The translations under genes were made by a program, and so were the position numbers. The notes beneath the pieces were generated by a model. It did no database searches, was not told the DNA's origin, and was given only the letters and a program-made list of their open reading frames with translations. Below, one piece after another: positions 25,927-39,943 of a DNA stretch of 64,000 nucleotides. How positions within the stretch are numbered: position 1 is the first letter of the stretch; each line of letters opens with the position of its first letter. The DNA is from Eledone cirrhosa (lineage: Eukaryota): the NCBI GenBank assembly GCA_964016885.1, contig OZ024746.1, forward strand, positions 33,542,001-33,606,000, read 5' to 3'.

Positions 25927-26984
25927 TGATATTTGTAGTTTAACTAATAATTCAGAAAATATATCGTGAAATGTAAATGAATAAAAGGTGCACTGGAGAT
26001 TAAAGGAACTGCGAAATGCAAAGTTCTTTTACAGGAGAATGGAATCCTTTCCATTAAATACAGCGCTTTGGTTTCCATTGGAAAATAATATAATAGTTCA
26101 ATCTTCCTGAAAACGTGCAATATTCACACGATACTTTCAAATTCGCCAAATCTCCAGAGATGGAAACATTAGCTCACTGCTATCAATATATTATTTTACA
26201 CTACATATTTGTTGCACAAGATCTTAGTCCCTTAGCGTAATACATATGTAGCTATAAAGTAACACTAATTCATGCGCTTTTGACAATATTTCCTTAAATG
26301 GGAAACTATAATTCAATTGTTTCTATGAGAGATTAGTGTGTATTCGAGCATTGAATATTTTAGTCGCATATTATACTATAAAAATTGCTTACATGTAATG
26401 CCCTGTAAGAACATTTATTTTGAGGTATTAAAAATAAAATAGGTTGCTTATATTCAATATCATTACCATCATCTTTCCCCAGCTTCACATCACTATACAC
26501 CATTTTAAAACAATTATTGTTATTGTTAATGTCAATGAAACTTAACAGAATAATTAATTATGAGTTTCATTACATGGTTGGAGGTAATATGAAAGAAATT
26601 GAAATCTAATCAAATCACGACATGAAATTTATTTAAAGATAAATATAGATACACCTACAATAAGGGATCCAGGGGATATTTCCTTGATTTTCACCAACAA
26701 TCATTTGAAGGATGTATTAATCTATTTGTATTCTGGAAGCGTTCACGTCAGTTTTAATTAAAGCAAGTTTCAACAAATTGAATTCAGATTTAGGAAATAA
26801 GGATTAGAGGATGAAATAGATCTCTGTTATCGCTAAAAGAAATGTCATATGATATGGGAAAGATTAATTAATATTATTTCGAATATTCATGCGATATGTT
26901 TTGTAAATGAATGCATTCGTTAGTTTATGTCTAAAAAGAAGGATTTATATTCATTTAAATAACAAAGACAATGATAGGTGTTAT

Positions 26985-27925
26985 TATTTTTTTCTTTTTT
27001 ATATGTCACAAGCGTCAACAAAAAGGGGACAATATACGAGGAAGGTACAGTGGGGGACTACAATGAAATCGAGAAGAAACAAATTAATAAATAACAATAA
27101 ACCAAAGAATGAAAATAAGCAAAATTCCATAACAGGGGGAGGACTATCTAGTGATGATTTAGGAACGCCACACATTCTAAACGAACCGAGGCTCTAACAG
27201 CACACTAGGAAGGTGCCCAACATTTCAGCCAGTCTACAGGTGCATGTTCAGAGTAGGACCATTTACAAGGGTCATTTTTGCAACATTCACCAACTTATTA
27301 ACAAATGCACGCCACCCTCACTTTCCTTTCCAAATGAAACCTGAACGGTTGGTGTGAGATTGACCGAAGAGGAAAATGTTTGTTTTCAGTGATTTCAGTC
27401 TCGTCACACCACAACCTCATTCACTACAGTCACCAAGGAGAGGAACAGTGCTTGCCCTTCCCATCAGAAAGAAAGCAGCAAGGCGATTTTAACGATGGTC
27501 ACGTCTGATAGTCGGCTATATCTTACACGAGATAAGAGCTGGTCAATATAACTCCACAATCAGTAAATCACAAGCACTGGACAAGTGCGTAGAGAACGGT
27601 CTCTTTACTCTGCGCGCCTACTGGCAGTGCCCCCACTCCTAGAATCACTGCCAAATAAGGGAGTTTTGGAAGTTATCCATAGTTCCCGGCTTGAAAGTCC
27701 TCTCGAACAGTTTGGTCAGTTCGATTTTGTCGACGACAAAAGCCTCTCTGAAAACACCTGCCCGCCGTTAATCCTCTATAGAAGTTTAGCATGGAATTAC
27801 CACTGATCACATTGCTCCACTGGTTGTGTGTTGAGAATGCCTCTCTCAGTTCCAGATGCTAGGCGCCCAGTGTCATTCTTTTCCGCATCCATGCTTGCAG
27901 CTCACTCAAAGAGACCAGCTTCTTA
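26985..27925 (-). mobile_element. Degenerate 3' fragment of the Tx1-like LINE
   Basis: Similar to 17240-17950 (cactggacaagtgc, gaaagtcct, gattttgtcgacg, aatcctctataga, gatcacattgc). Confidence 0.72.
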
Positions 27926-27929
27926 AAGG

Positions 27930-28330
27930 CAGTAATATTCAAAACATCCCAGTATGGTACAGGTAAAATAGCGAATGGTAGATTTGGATAAACGATGTGA
28001 CAATTGACCATAGAACAGAAGCCAGATATATGAATCATACAAAAGTAGCAGTCGTCATGATAACTTTGTAGTTCCTTCCACATTATAGGAATTTCAAAGT
28101 TTAAGTAAATTCTTTGGCCCTTTGTCCACTGTCTAAATCTTTCATCACATGTTTTACACACTATACTGTGTGTCCAGCCATTGATTTGACCAGCCAGTTT
28201 CATGCCACATAAAGTAAGGTAAACTTTCCTCATAAAATATCTGATTGTAGGAACGTTATACACAATAAATAGACTCATCCATAGATTCATCCAGACGAAA
28301 GTTCATTTTGATTCCCTGCAATTATTTTAG
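27930..28330 (-). pseudogene. DNA-transposon-derived protein fragment (tentatively Sola-like)
   Basis: W..H.VCKTC.E..RQWTKG.R..L.F.IP.MWKE....HDDCYFC....GF.......YPNLP.AI.PVP is a motif I recall from invertebrate transposon-derived ORFs. The superfamily assignment is uncertain. Confidence 0.6.
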
Positions 28331-28884
28331 CAGCCCTTGATGTTTGAATAAAAATCCCAAATAAGTAATAGTTAATGTAATTCATGAAAAATAAAGAAAA
28401 TGCATTTATAGGATGCTTATGTTTTTATACAAGCAAAGGCAACAGACGTGCATTGAACCGTATATATTTTAACAGCGATAAATATACACCTTAGATTGTT
28501 TGACTTAGATATGATTCCCCTGTATAGAAATAGAAGAGAATGAGTGAAGCAGGTGGAAAATAACCAAAGGCGGCGTAATACATGCCAAATACGCATATTT
28601 TATTGTCTAACAGTTCGATTTATAAATAATTAAAATATACATTGCAAATAAAATGCAAATATTCACATTATATGTGTTTAAAATATAGAATCAACAGGTC
28701 ATAGATATCAATTAATAAGATAATGACGTAGCCACAGTGAAATCGAGGGCAATCAAAGAAATGATAATATAGAATGAGAATACACACTATATAATTGACA
28801 AATATTCAAAGTGGTGTATGGTGTACATAAATACTGAGGACTAATTCTTTTGAAAGGTTTTTTATCAGATTTCATATTATTATT

Positions 28885-28982
28885 TGCTTAACTTTGCCTT
28901 TCATCCTTACGGGGTCGATAAAATAAAGTACCAGTAATACACTGGGTAATTACTGGCCTTGTGCCTAACGTAGAAACAATTA
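28885..28982 (+). mobile_element. SINE 3' half
   Basis: ttaactttgcctttcatccttacggggtcgataaaataaagtaccag...ggccttgtgcc. Confidence 0.85.
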
Positions 28983-29802
28983 TCTGCAGGAACTACCTGA
29001 GCATTCGTCTTTGCTAACACACTATTAAATTAGCCTGTCGGATTTACACAATCTGACATAACAATTTGCAATACTACATTGGTAATCGCGCTCTGCATTC
29101 TTTAGGTTTCGTCTGTTTACTTGTGATTTACGGTTTCCTTTCTCTTATATAGCTTAGTTCGAATTACATTAATATTCCATCTTTAGTTTAAATGATGGTG
29201 TAACTAAATGCTTGCCTTGTTACTATCTATAATATCTACAGATTATTAATCGATTAATGACATTCTTATTAGCAGTGATAACATCGCTTCTCACTAGCAG
29301 ATATGTACAGATGTCACATATTTTACACAATATCGCCACTATTTCAAACTCAATATTTTTACGGACAACAGAAGCCTTTAACATGAATATCCAAATACGA
29401 AGCCAAAGACAAGATTTAAGTGTTTTTACAGAAGACTGAACATATAAATGAGAGCCTACTTTGGAGGAGAAAGAAGATTTAAGATTTGATAACTGTCAAT
29501 CAAATAGACAATAGCCATTAGTTCAAATATGTTACTCAATGAGGGATACTAAATATTCCAAACAATCATGAATAGATTGGATACGCTCATTTAGAGTACA
29601 TGGTATTTCATCACGAACATGATCTTGTGTAGATTTACCAGAAATTCGTTGGTACTATTTGTAGCAATGTAACATACATCAGTCTGAGAGAGAGGACATA
29701 AACGAATCATTCATTAGAAAGACAATACTACGATTAGTGATACTAAATATTGTAAAATATCTACCACCTACAAACAAAATGTTGCGTACATGGAATTTAT
29801 GA

Positions 29803-29985
29803 AATAATTGTTTCTACTTTTGGCACAAGGCCAGCAAATAACCAGTGTATTACTGGTACTTTATTTTATCTACCCTATAAGGATGAAAGGCAACGTTAAC
29901 CTCGGCGGGATTTGAACTCAGAATGGCAAGGGCTGTAATTCTATGCGTCAAATCATGGCGTCCGACCCTCTACCGATACTGCCAA
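29803..29985 (-). mobile_element. SINE, near full length
   Basis: Reverse complement of the consensus, including gatttgaactc (B box). Confidence 0.85.
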
Positions 29986-31398
29986 GGAATTAATAAAAAA
30001 CAGAACCTCCTAGCTACATCCATTTTTCCATATCTTCTAATGTTTATTTTGCCTCCAGATAACCTTATCTATTTCAATATTTCATTTCATTTTATTTGAT
30101 CTTTATTTTCATTTTTATAAACAATTATATTTTTAGATCGTGTTTTTTTTTTTTTTTGTTCCTCAACAGTAAGAATTACTAGATACTTCTCGTATTCTGC
30201 CACGGCCTACTATGTACGGAAGTTTCAACTGATTAAATGAATAAATAAATAAATATTACCATCTCCTTTTAATTCAACAGTTCACCAGCGCCTCCATATT
30301 AAGTTTCACGTTTATTTTGATATTACCGTAACAATGTAGACGTACTCACGACTATGAAACATATAGTGATCCCTTGGGGCGAGAAGGAACGTTAATGAGA
30401 GTTACGTCCCATGGAGACTATAAATTGAGAAACTGAAAGTACCCGTTCTCTTACAAAGCTAGCCGTCCAGGAGTTAAGATGTGATTTTGCCTTCTCCCAC
30501 TTTTCATTTTTACCACACCATGTGGAGTGAAAATATTAAGAGCAACTCTCTCTCAGGCGACTTCAACTTCGGAACAGAAAACCAATAACACCATGTGGAT
30601 ACTAACTTTTTTTCTTACTTCGTCGTCAATTCTACAACTAATAATACCAATTACACATATTATATTATTTCAAAAGGTATGTCTTATTTCCAAGTTGTAA
30701 CACGCACACATAACAATAAAGATGAAACAATTATAGACACTGGTGTGAGATATTTCAGCATGTTTCATTTAATTACTTTATTCCTAAATTGATGAATAAA
30801 TAACGTAAACACTAAATAAAGTCGACGAACTTTCATGCTCGTTAAGTGGTGACCCAGACGTTGGTATATGGAAAATATACCACTAAACAAAAAAAAAGAA
30901 AATTTTGCTGAAATTTTTGAAGATGACGGCTTTCATCTTCAACAGTTTTTTTTTGCGCGAAATGGTCCGCCATGTTGGTCTTTGCTTTAAGTTCTCTGTA
31001 GATGTATTGATAATGCCATTGTTTGCTTAGTCGCTCACTTACGCAATATTTCGGATACATTCCTTTTCCCGTCCGGTTGTTTGAAGAAAAGGACAAAAAA
31101 AAACAACATTTTGGTAAAGCCAGAAATAAAACTATTTATATCGATATCGTCAAATCTCACGTTAGGATTTGCTTAATATTTTCTTTTGTTTGTACCCCAT
31201 TATTTATGTATGTATATATGTATGTATGAATGTATGTATATATGAATGTATGTATATATGTATGAATTTTTGTATATACGTATGAATTTGTGTTGTATAC
31301 ATGTGTGTAAGAATGTAGGAATGACTGTATGAATTCAGAAATGTATGAATGAAAGTTGCATCAATATTCTATGTATATATGTATCTAAGTATGTAGGA

Positions 31399-31453
<55 letters not shown>

Positions 31454-31847
31454 TTATGTATAAATGTATGTATGTAAGATTGTGTGTATATATGAATGTT
31501 GAATGTTTAATGTATAACCTATTACATCCTATATTTCATTACTGGGAGAAACGATATTTTGCAGAGTGTAATTCGATGAAGATGATTTCATAATTTATGT
31601 TTTACTTTTTATTATTTTTAAAACGTATCTCTTGCTTTACCCCACCCTTTAATATAACATCTTATCCGCCGGAACTTTTCATCTTTGATCTCTTTGTATG
31701 AATGTAAAAACATAACATGGAATTTTAATGGGTATTTCTTTTTTTATCTTTTTGAATTATTACTTTCATTTTCAATATATTTCCTTTTATATATAAACGA
31801 AATTTAATTTCAAAATATAACAAAACTTCCAAGGAAAGACACGCAGA

Positions 31848-31893
<46 letters not shown>

Positions 31894-31958
31894 GTGTGCG
31901 TGTGAGTGTGTGTTTGTGTATGTACGTATGTACATATATATACTTTTATATATATATA

Positions 31959-32000
<42 letters not shown>

Positions 32001-32055
32001 GATAGTACATATATGTTTATATATAAATGTATGAGTATGTATCACACACACACAA

Positions 32056-32121
<66 letters not shown>

Positions 32122-32868
32122 ATGCGTGTTTCTGAATATATACATATATATGTGTCTGTGTCTGTGTTTGTGTTTGTGTGTGTGTGCGAGCGTGTATGTG
32201 CTTGTGCTTTTTCAATGACAGCCATTGCATGTGGTTCAGTTAGTTTTCTTTGAAGTCTGAACAGTCAAAAAGTAAGTCGTACACGCAAATAATGATTAAC
32301 AATGGCAGTTTCAATTTAGTTCCAATAAAACAGTGTAAAACCTACGTACTGTAAATGTTCTGGTACAAAGACCTATATCTATATTTCATAAAATGTATTT
32401 CGTGGAATTCATGATCTATCGCATTTGTCGCATCCACCTCTGTATATACCTGGTATGAATTATGTTGTATTTAGAGCAAATAGGAATGACAAATTTGTTC
32501 GCTGCTCTCTAGTTTCTCGTAAAAATTGGCATTAACACTTCTACGACTCCTCTGTAATATGAATAACAGACCCACTGAATGAAATATGTCCTATATAGCT
32601 TTCATCATCATCATCATCATCATCGTATATATATATATATATATATATACAGGTCACTTCTACAGGACTAGAACTATATATATATAGATGACTTCTACCG
32701 GATTAGAACTATATATATATATATATATATAGTATACTAGGGAGAGGATCAGGGGTGTATAACACTCCACTTATCCAGCAGGCAGCATAAGGTTAGCTCA
32801 ATGTCTGAGGACAGAGCCGTGATATAATAAATAACAAAGAACGCCTATAGCATATGCATATCTTTACT

Positions 32869-32914
32869 TGCTAACATTGTTTCATCCGCACTATAAGTGG
32901 GACTCATCAGAGCA
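32869..32914 (-). ncRNA. Minimal type I hammerhead ribozyme (left arm)
   Basis: Reverse complement of 35452-35497. Confidence 0.75.
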
Positions 32915-33531
32915 TAAAGGTTAATTACATACCATACAAGCAATAACAAATCCAAGACATTGAAGAATGAAAAATAATAATAGACGATAAAGAATATTAA
33001 GGAAGTAAAAGTGAAAATAAAGATAAGAATAAAAATAAAAATAAAAATAAAAATAAAAATAAAAATAAAAATAAGATAATAAAATAAACAATGAAAATAA
33101 GCAATGAAAAATAAGGGGTGCTATCAGTCACAGTTGGGCGGGGTGCTGTCAACATATAGTTACATACAAGCATACACATGGATAAGAGAACAGACAAGAG
33201 TAGATAAGATAGATAGGATTAGGTAAGAGTAGGTAAAAAATAGGTGAAAAACAGACTTATAATATATATAAGAAAATATAAAGAAATACATAACAAACTT
33301 ACATATAAAATATAAAATATACAGATAATAGTGATACAGGGTAAGGAATGAGATAAAATAATATAAAATTAAAATTAAAATTATATAAAATAGAACATAA
33401 TATAATATAATCATAAAATAAGATAAAATAAAATAAGGTAAACTAAAATCAAATAACATAGACTAAATAAAAATAAAAATAATATAATATAAGATATAAT
33501 TAAATGTATAATTAAATGTAATTAAATGTAA

Positions 33532-33567
<36 letters not shown>

Positions 33568-35451
33568 AAATTAAATAAATAAATAAAATTAAAATTAAAA
33601 TTAAGATTAAAATTAAATTTAAATAAATAAATAAATAAATAAGTAAATAAGTAAATAAATAAATAAATAAATAAATGGAATTAAATAAGTAAATAAATAA
33701 AATTAGATAACATGAAATGAAATAAAATAAAATAAAATGAAATAAAGTAAATTGAGATAAGATATATATTTTATTTAAATATATCTCTTGAATATATCAG
33801 GGGCCCACGAAGGCACTAAGTGTCACAGTTATGTGTATCACTTGACCATTTTTTAAAAATATATTTCTTGAAAACATCAGGGGCCCACGAAGGCACTAAG
33901 TGTCACAGTCATCAGTATCACTTGACCATTGCAAGGCAATGGAGGCGTCCCAGGTTGGGCAGTCTCAAAAGTTCACTCGAAAGTCGCAGGTGTGCATTCA
34001 CACAGTTGAGCGGTGGGGTAATCACAAACCGGTTCACACCCGGGTAGGAGTCCAATGGTCAGAGAGAGGTTCATCGAAGGGAGGTAGAAGAATTCACGTG
34101 CATTAGCAAGCGAGGTGCAGGCGGGTTAGCCAAAGCAAGCAGACACAGTTGGAGCGCATACAAAAGATATATAAAAAGACAGAAGCTATTTTTCATATAT
34201 CTTCTGTCTTTTTATATATCTTTTGTATGCGCTCCAACTGTGTCTGCTTGCTTTGGCTAACCCGCCTGCACCTCGCTTGCTAATGCACGTGAATTCTTCT
34301 ACCTCCCTTCGATGCACCTCTCTCTGACCATTGGACTCCTGCCCGGGTGTGAACCGGTTTGTGATTACCCCACCGCTCAACTGTGTGAATGCACAGCTGC
34401 GACTTTCGAGTGAACTTTTGAGACTGCCCAACCTGGGACGCCTCCATTGCCTTGCAATGGTCAAGTGATACTGATGACTGTGACACTTAGTGCCTTCGTG
34501 GGCCCCTGATGTTTTCAAGAAATATATTTTAAAAAAATGGTCAAGTGATACACATAACTGTGACACTTAGTGCCTTCGTGGGCCCCTGATATATTCAAGA
34601 GATATATTTAAAAAAAATATATATCTTATCTCAATTTACTTTATTTCATTTTATTTTATTTTATTTCATTTCATGTTATCTAATTTTATTTATTTACTTA
34701 TTTAATTCCATTTATTTATTTATTTATTTATTTACTTATTTACTTATTTATTTATTTATTTATTTAAATTTAATTTTAATTTTAATTTTATTTATTTATT
34801 TAATTTTTATTTATTTATTTATTTATTTATTTAATTACATTTAATTACATTTAATTATACATTTAATTATATCTTATATTATATTATTTTAATTTTAATT
34901 TAGTCTATGTTATTTGATTTTAGTTTACCTTATTTTATTTTATCTTATTTTATGATTATATTATATTATGTTCTATTTTATATAATTTTAATTTTAATTT
35001 TATATTATTTTATCTCATTCCTTACCCTGTATCACTATTATCTGTATATTTTATATTTTATATGTAAGTTTGTTATGTATTTCTTTATATTTTCTTATAT
35101 ATATTATAAGTCTGTTTTTCACCTATTTTTTACCTACTCTTACCTAATCCTATCTATCTTATCTACTCTTGTCTGTTCTCTTATCCATGTGTATGCTTGT
35201 ATGTAACTATATGTTGACAGCACCCCGCCCAACTGTGACTGATAGCACCCCTTATTTTTCATTGCTTATTTTCATTGTTTATTTTATTATCTTATTTTTA
35301 TTTTTATTTTTATTTTTATTTTTATTTTAATTTTTATTCTTATCTTTATTTTCACTTTTACTTCCTTAATATCCTTTATCGTCTATTATTATTTTTCATT
35401 CTTCAATGTCTTGGATTTGTTATTGCTTGTATGGTATGTAATTAACCTTTA

Positions 35452-35497
35452 TGCTCTGATGAGTCCCACTTATAGTGCGGATGAAACAATGTTAGCA
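35452..35497 (+). ncRNA. Minimal type I hammerhead ribozyme (right arm)
   Basis: tgct-CTGATGA-gtcccact-tat-agtgcggat-GAAA-caatg-TT-agca. Stem I tgct/agca is extended by cttta/taaag, stem II has one bulge, and stem III is minimal. Confidence 0.75.
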
Positions 35498-35536
35498 AGT
35501 AAAGATATGCATATGCTATATGCGTTCTTTGTTATT

Positions 35537-35640
<104 letters not shown>

Positions 35641-35819
35641 CACGCAAATTCGTGAAGCGTTCCATATTTCTGAAACTTAAAACTAAAACTGAATACTAAT
35701 ATTTATTACTAATTTATATTTATCCCTAATTAAACTATTTTTCACTGACAAATATTTATCAGCATTTTCTTTGCATTTTTACTAATATATCACAACTCGT
35801 GTGTCACACCTCTATTTTT

Positions 35820-35975
<156 letters not shown>

Positions 35976-37088
35976 ACGTTTCAAAAGATCCCGTTAAGGG
36001 TGAAAGCAGCGATTCTTTGCTTAAACTTTAATCTGTTATTTTAATAAATAAATAAATATATATATATATATGTGTGTGTGTATACATTTGTGTATATATA
36101 GATATATATCGACTAAACTTTGTGTAATTCCCTTAAGCACTGCCAGTTATGGATATTGTAACATATTGCGTATATGCTATCTGACGGAGTATCAATATTA
36201 AGCAAAAGAAGAGAAACTGTTTCACATATTCAAATTCACTTGAGTAGAATACACATCTTATGCATATTCCAAAGGGATAAAAATGTCATTATATAATCAC
36301 CATCTAATATATTGTTGTGAGATAGGTGCTTAAATGTAAACAATATCTTGATGTTTTAATTTTATTTTTGATATGCCTGCTGACGAAGGGATGTTGCGAT
36401 TTCGTGCTCCGAGAGACATATACTCATTTCGTGTTCCGAGAGACACATACTCGTCTGCATCTGACATGCTGGCATATCAGATGCAGACGAGTGGGTCTAT
36501 TGTGGTGGTGATACGAGGTATTTTTCTCATTATAAAACCAGACATTATTAGAGAGTCAATGGGATGTATCATCTTCGTGCTTTATTTTATCTGTGCTAAA
36601 AGACATAGCAGCAAGCAAATATATCTTCTTATTTTTACGTTTTATATTACAATCTTATCAATAACAGTATACCAGTTACATTCTGAGTCTAGCAACTTTT
36701 GAATATTCATGATTTCTGATTAGTGTGAACTCACCTTCCTCCTGTTCTTGATAATGTATTTTAATCTTATATAAACAATAATCCAAATGGACTTTGGTCA
36801 ATACCTTTCAGAATAACGTAACGCCATTTATCTCCTTATAATATATAACCAGCAATTTCTCTGTCTGTCTGTCCGACATTGGAAACACGTGCACGCGGGG
36901 TTGCTATCTCTCTCTCCAGCTATCCCTCTCTTTTAGTCTGTCTGTTTCTCTCACTCTCACTCTTTCTCTTTGTAACACACTAACATTCCTCCCCTCTATC
37001 GCTGTGACGAATGGGGAGATGGAGAAGGAGGAGGAGAGAGTCACTTGGTCACTTCACCTCTGCCTTTCTTTCTCTCCCCTCTCACTCC

Positions 37089-37300
37089 CTCATTACGTAC
37101 AGACATTAGGGCGGTGGATTGGCAGAATCTGTAGAGAGTCGGACACCATGCTTCATAGCATGGAGTTACGTCCCTTTACGGTCTGAGTTCAAATACCGCC
37201 GAGGTTAACTTTGCCTTTCATCCTCACGGGGTCGATAAAATAAAGTACCAGTAATGTACTGGGTAATTGCTGGCCTTGTGCCAAAAGTAGAAAAACTTAT
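37089..37300 (+). mobile_element. Full-length tRNA-derived SINE with Deu/Nin-like core
   Basis: A-box-like tggcagaatc, B-box gagttcaaatacc, core gcctttcatcct..ggggtcgataaaataaagtaccag, and tail ending in ttatt. Confidence 0.87.
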
Positions 37301-37446
37301 TAGAAACATTGCTTCATTTTTACATATCTAAGCATTAGTAAAATAACTAATAATTTCAAAAGTAAATTTTCAATTCCAATTGTTATGAACAGCAAAACAT
37401 TAATAATAATTTTGTTCTAAGAAATATATATACATTTCTGTGTGTG

Positions 37447-37511
<65 letters not shown>

Positions 37512-37537
37512 GAAATATATATACATTTCTGAGTGTG

Positions 37538-37588
<51 letters not shown>

Positions 37589-38149
37589 ATACAATAACAG
37601 AGATAGTTTAAAGCTAAACTCTGACTGGTAACCATCTCACTCAACAAACATTAGGTTATATTTAAATACAAACCTAATTTAAGTGTTTGGGGTGCTAACA
37701 ATATGTATAATGTGGAAAAACCAGTTGTATTATTTTATGAGTATCATTAAAGTTAAAGTATATCTCTCTTTCCAAACAATTGTTTCATTATAAGTCTTCT
37801 ACAAGTTGGGAGAATATTTCCAGTTTATGTAGAAGCCTAATATATATTCATGTAAGAATATATTTAGGTGGGCACTTATAAATCATCAGTGGAAGCCCAT
37901 TAAACTTTGATATAAGAAAGAAAATATTCTTACCGCAGTCAAAAATCGTGTCTGTTAAGTTGCTCCTTCTCGCCTCGAATGACCGTCAAATTTGAAATTC
38001 CAGCAGTTTTTGACTGAGGAAGTATCATAGCGACACAAAGCTGGAAGGGGAGACAACTACGATCCACGAAAGGAGGAAAAAAATAATATACACGCAGGTT
38101 AATTAGTTTTTTCGAAAACATTATCAATCCAACGTGTTAAGAACTCAAT

Positions 38150-38712
38150 ATATATACACACACAGAAATATATGGGCATTTCTCTGTTTGTCTGTCTGTC
38201 TGTCTGTCCTTCCCTAAAACTCAAATGTAGGTGCTACAGAAAAATTACCTCCCCCTTCCTTTCTCCACTTTGGTACTACCCAGAGAAACACTGTCGCTAT
38301 AGAAACATTACCTTCCCCTCTCCACTGACTTTGGTCACTGAGGCCGAGGGAATCGCTGGTTGCTATAGAGACACCTTGCACAAGCCAGAAGTAACAAGTT
38401 CGAGGCGGTCTGACTTGACACCATGCCAAGGACCATTTGAAGATATATTTCCATCGTTATATCATAACATTTATGTATCATAATGTTTATATTTCCGTCA
38501 CTAATCTCTTTTTCTCCTTTTTCGTTTTAACATATATTTATTTCAAAGATTTCACCGTATAGATAACATATATATTTATACATGCATAAAAGACACACCG
38601 AGAGACGGTGAACATGTGGTGCCGAAAACATTTCTCATCCAAATCTCAACAATATCACTATACACACTAGATTTGCTAGCAGAAAACCGCCCACCGGGTA
38701 GTTTTCTGCTAG
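38150..38712 (+). mobile_element. Probable non-autonomous Helitron-like element abutting the larger Helitron
   Basis: (TGTC)n near the 5' end and a terminal hairpin ctagcagaaaac.gccc-acc-gggt.gttttctgctag followed by T. The 5' boundary is uncertain. Confidence 0.5.
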
Positions 38713-38974
38713 TCTCTATATATATAAAACGGTAGATGTCTGTCTGTGTGTGTGTATCACTTTCATGCATTTCCACATTTCTCTACCGATTTTAATGATT
38801 TTTTGTCCAATGTGCTCCAAATTTACCAGAGCAGGTCATCGCGTAATTATCTTTGCCAAAAGTTTCCTGGTTCTATGAAAAAAAATCGATAAAACTAAAT
38901 ACATGTTGTAACCCTCTCTCTTACACGCTTCATTCCTCTCACTACTACCATCAAAAATATATGAAACTACATAC

Positions 38975-39850
38975 ATGCTGCAACTCTCTTTAAAAGGTTC
39001 ATCCTTTCCTCTACTCCACTCTCAATCTCCTCTGCAACTCTCTTTAAAAGGTTCATCACTCTCTCTACTCTCCCCTCAATCTCCTCTGCTACTCTATTTA
39101 AAAGGTTACTGCCTCCGTCTACTACCCTATCACCATTACAATTTAGAACAACGACAACATACTTTTGAAGGAACGCGACACAAACTTTGAAACATAAGCA
39201 ATACAACAACCATAGCTCTTCCCTCTCTCTACAATAGATTATTCCCCTCTCTATAATTTAACTGCTTTACTCTCTTCATGCTTCGAGGTTTAACACTAGC
39301 TTCATCTATCCGTCGCTCTTCTCTCTGTATATAATAGACCATTCCCCCAATTCGTTTAGGAACGCGAAAAAAACTTTGATAACTAAGCAACACATCATTG
39401 TATACAATAACAAACAGTCATAACGACCCTCATACATAAAATATCAACATTTAAAATGTTGATAACACTAAATACATACTGCTCTCTCAACGTTACATTT
39501 TACACAGTTACATATTACATCAAATAACAAATATTCAAAAGCAACAGATGAATTTATAAAACAACAAACTCTCTGTCGTTCTTCACTCCTTATATGACAA
39601 CACTGCAGAGAGAGAAACAATGTATATGATCAAATGGAGCGTTCCGTATATTAACCCTCTCTATAATTTAACTGCTTTACTCTCTCTGTCGCTCTTCACT
39701 CCCTATATGACAACACTGCAGAGAGAGAAACAATGTATATGATCAAATGGAGCGTCCGTATATTCCCCCTCTCTATAATTTAACTGCTTTACTCTCTCTG
39801 ACGCTCGTCACTCCCTATATGACAACACTGCAGTGGAGCGTTCCGTATTG
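38975..39850 (+). repeat. Minisatellites inside the Helitron 5' region (~48-bp x3; ~120-bp x2.5)
   Basis: ctgcaactctctttaaaaggttcatc units at 38978-39110. ctctctgtcg.tcttcactcc.tatatgacaacactgcag units at ~39569, 39682 and 39794. Confidence 0.85.
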
Positions 39851-39943
39851 ACATACGGCTTATCTGGGGCATTTTCAATCGGCTTATTGCAAATAACAAC
39901 CCACAAAATAACACTTCATATAACAGATTAATGCTATAGACAT

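Noticed and set aside
34470-34510. TGATGA...CTGA as box C/D snoRNA, SECIS, HDV-like ribozyme or hammerhead
   Set aside because: Spacing is too short for a snoRNA, the required helices could not be built, and the adjacent duplicate lacks TGATGA.
33820-34566. Mirrored 68-126-aa ORFs in the palindrome centre
   Set aside because: No recognisable domain, and one arm has a stop where the other reads through.
37089-37200. tRNA gene
   Set aside because: A and B boxes are present but belong to a SINE head, and no cloverleaf could be formed.
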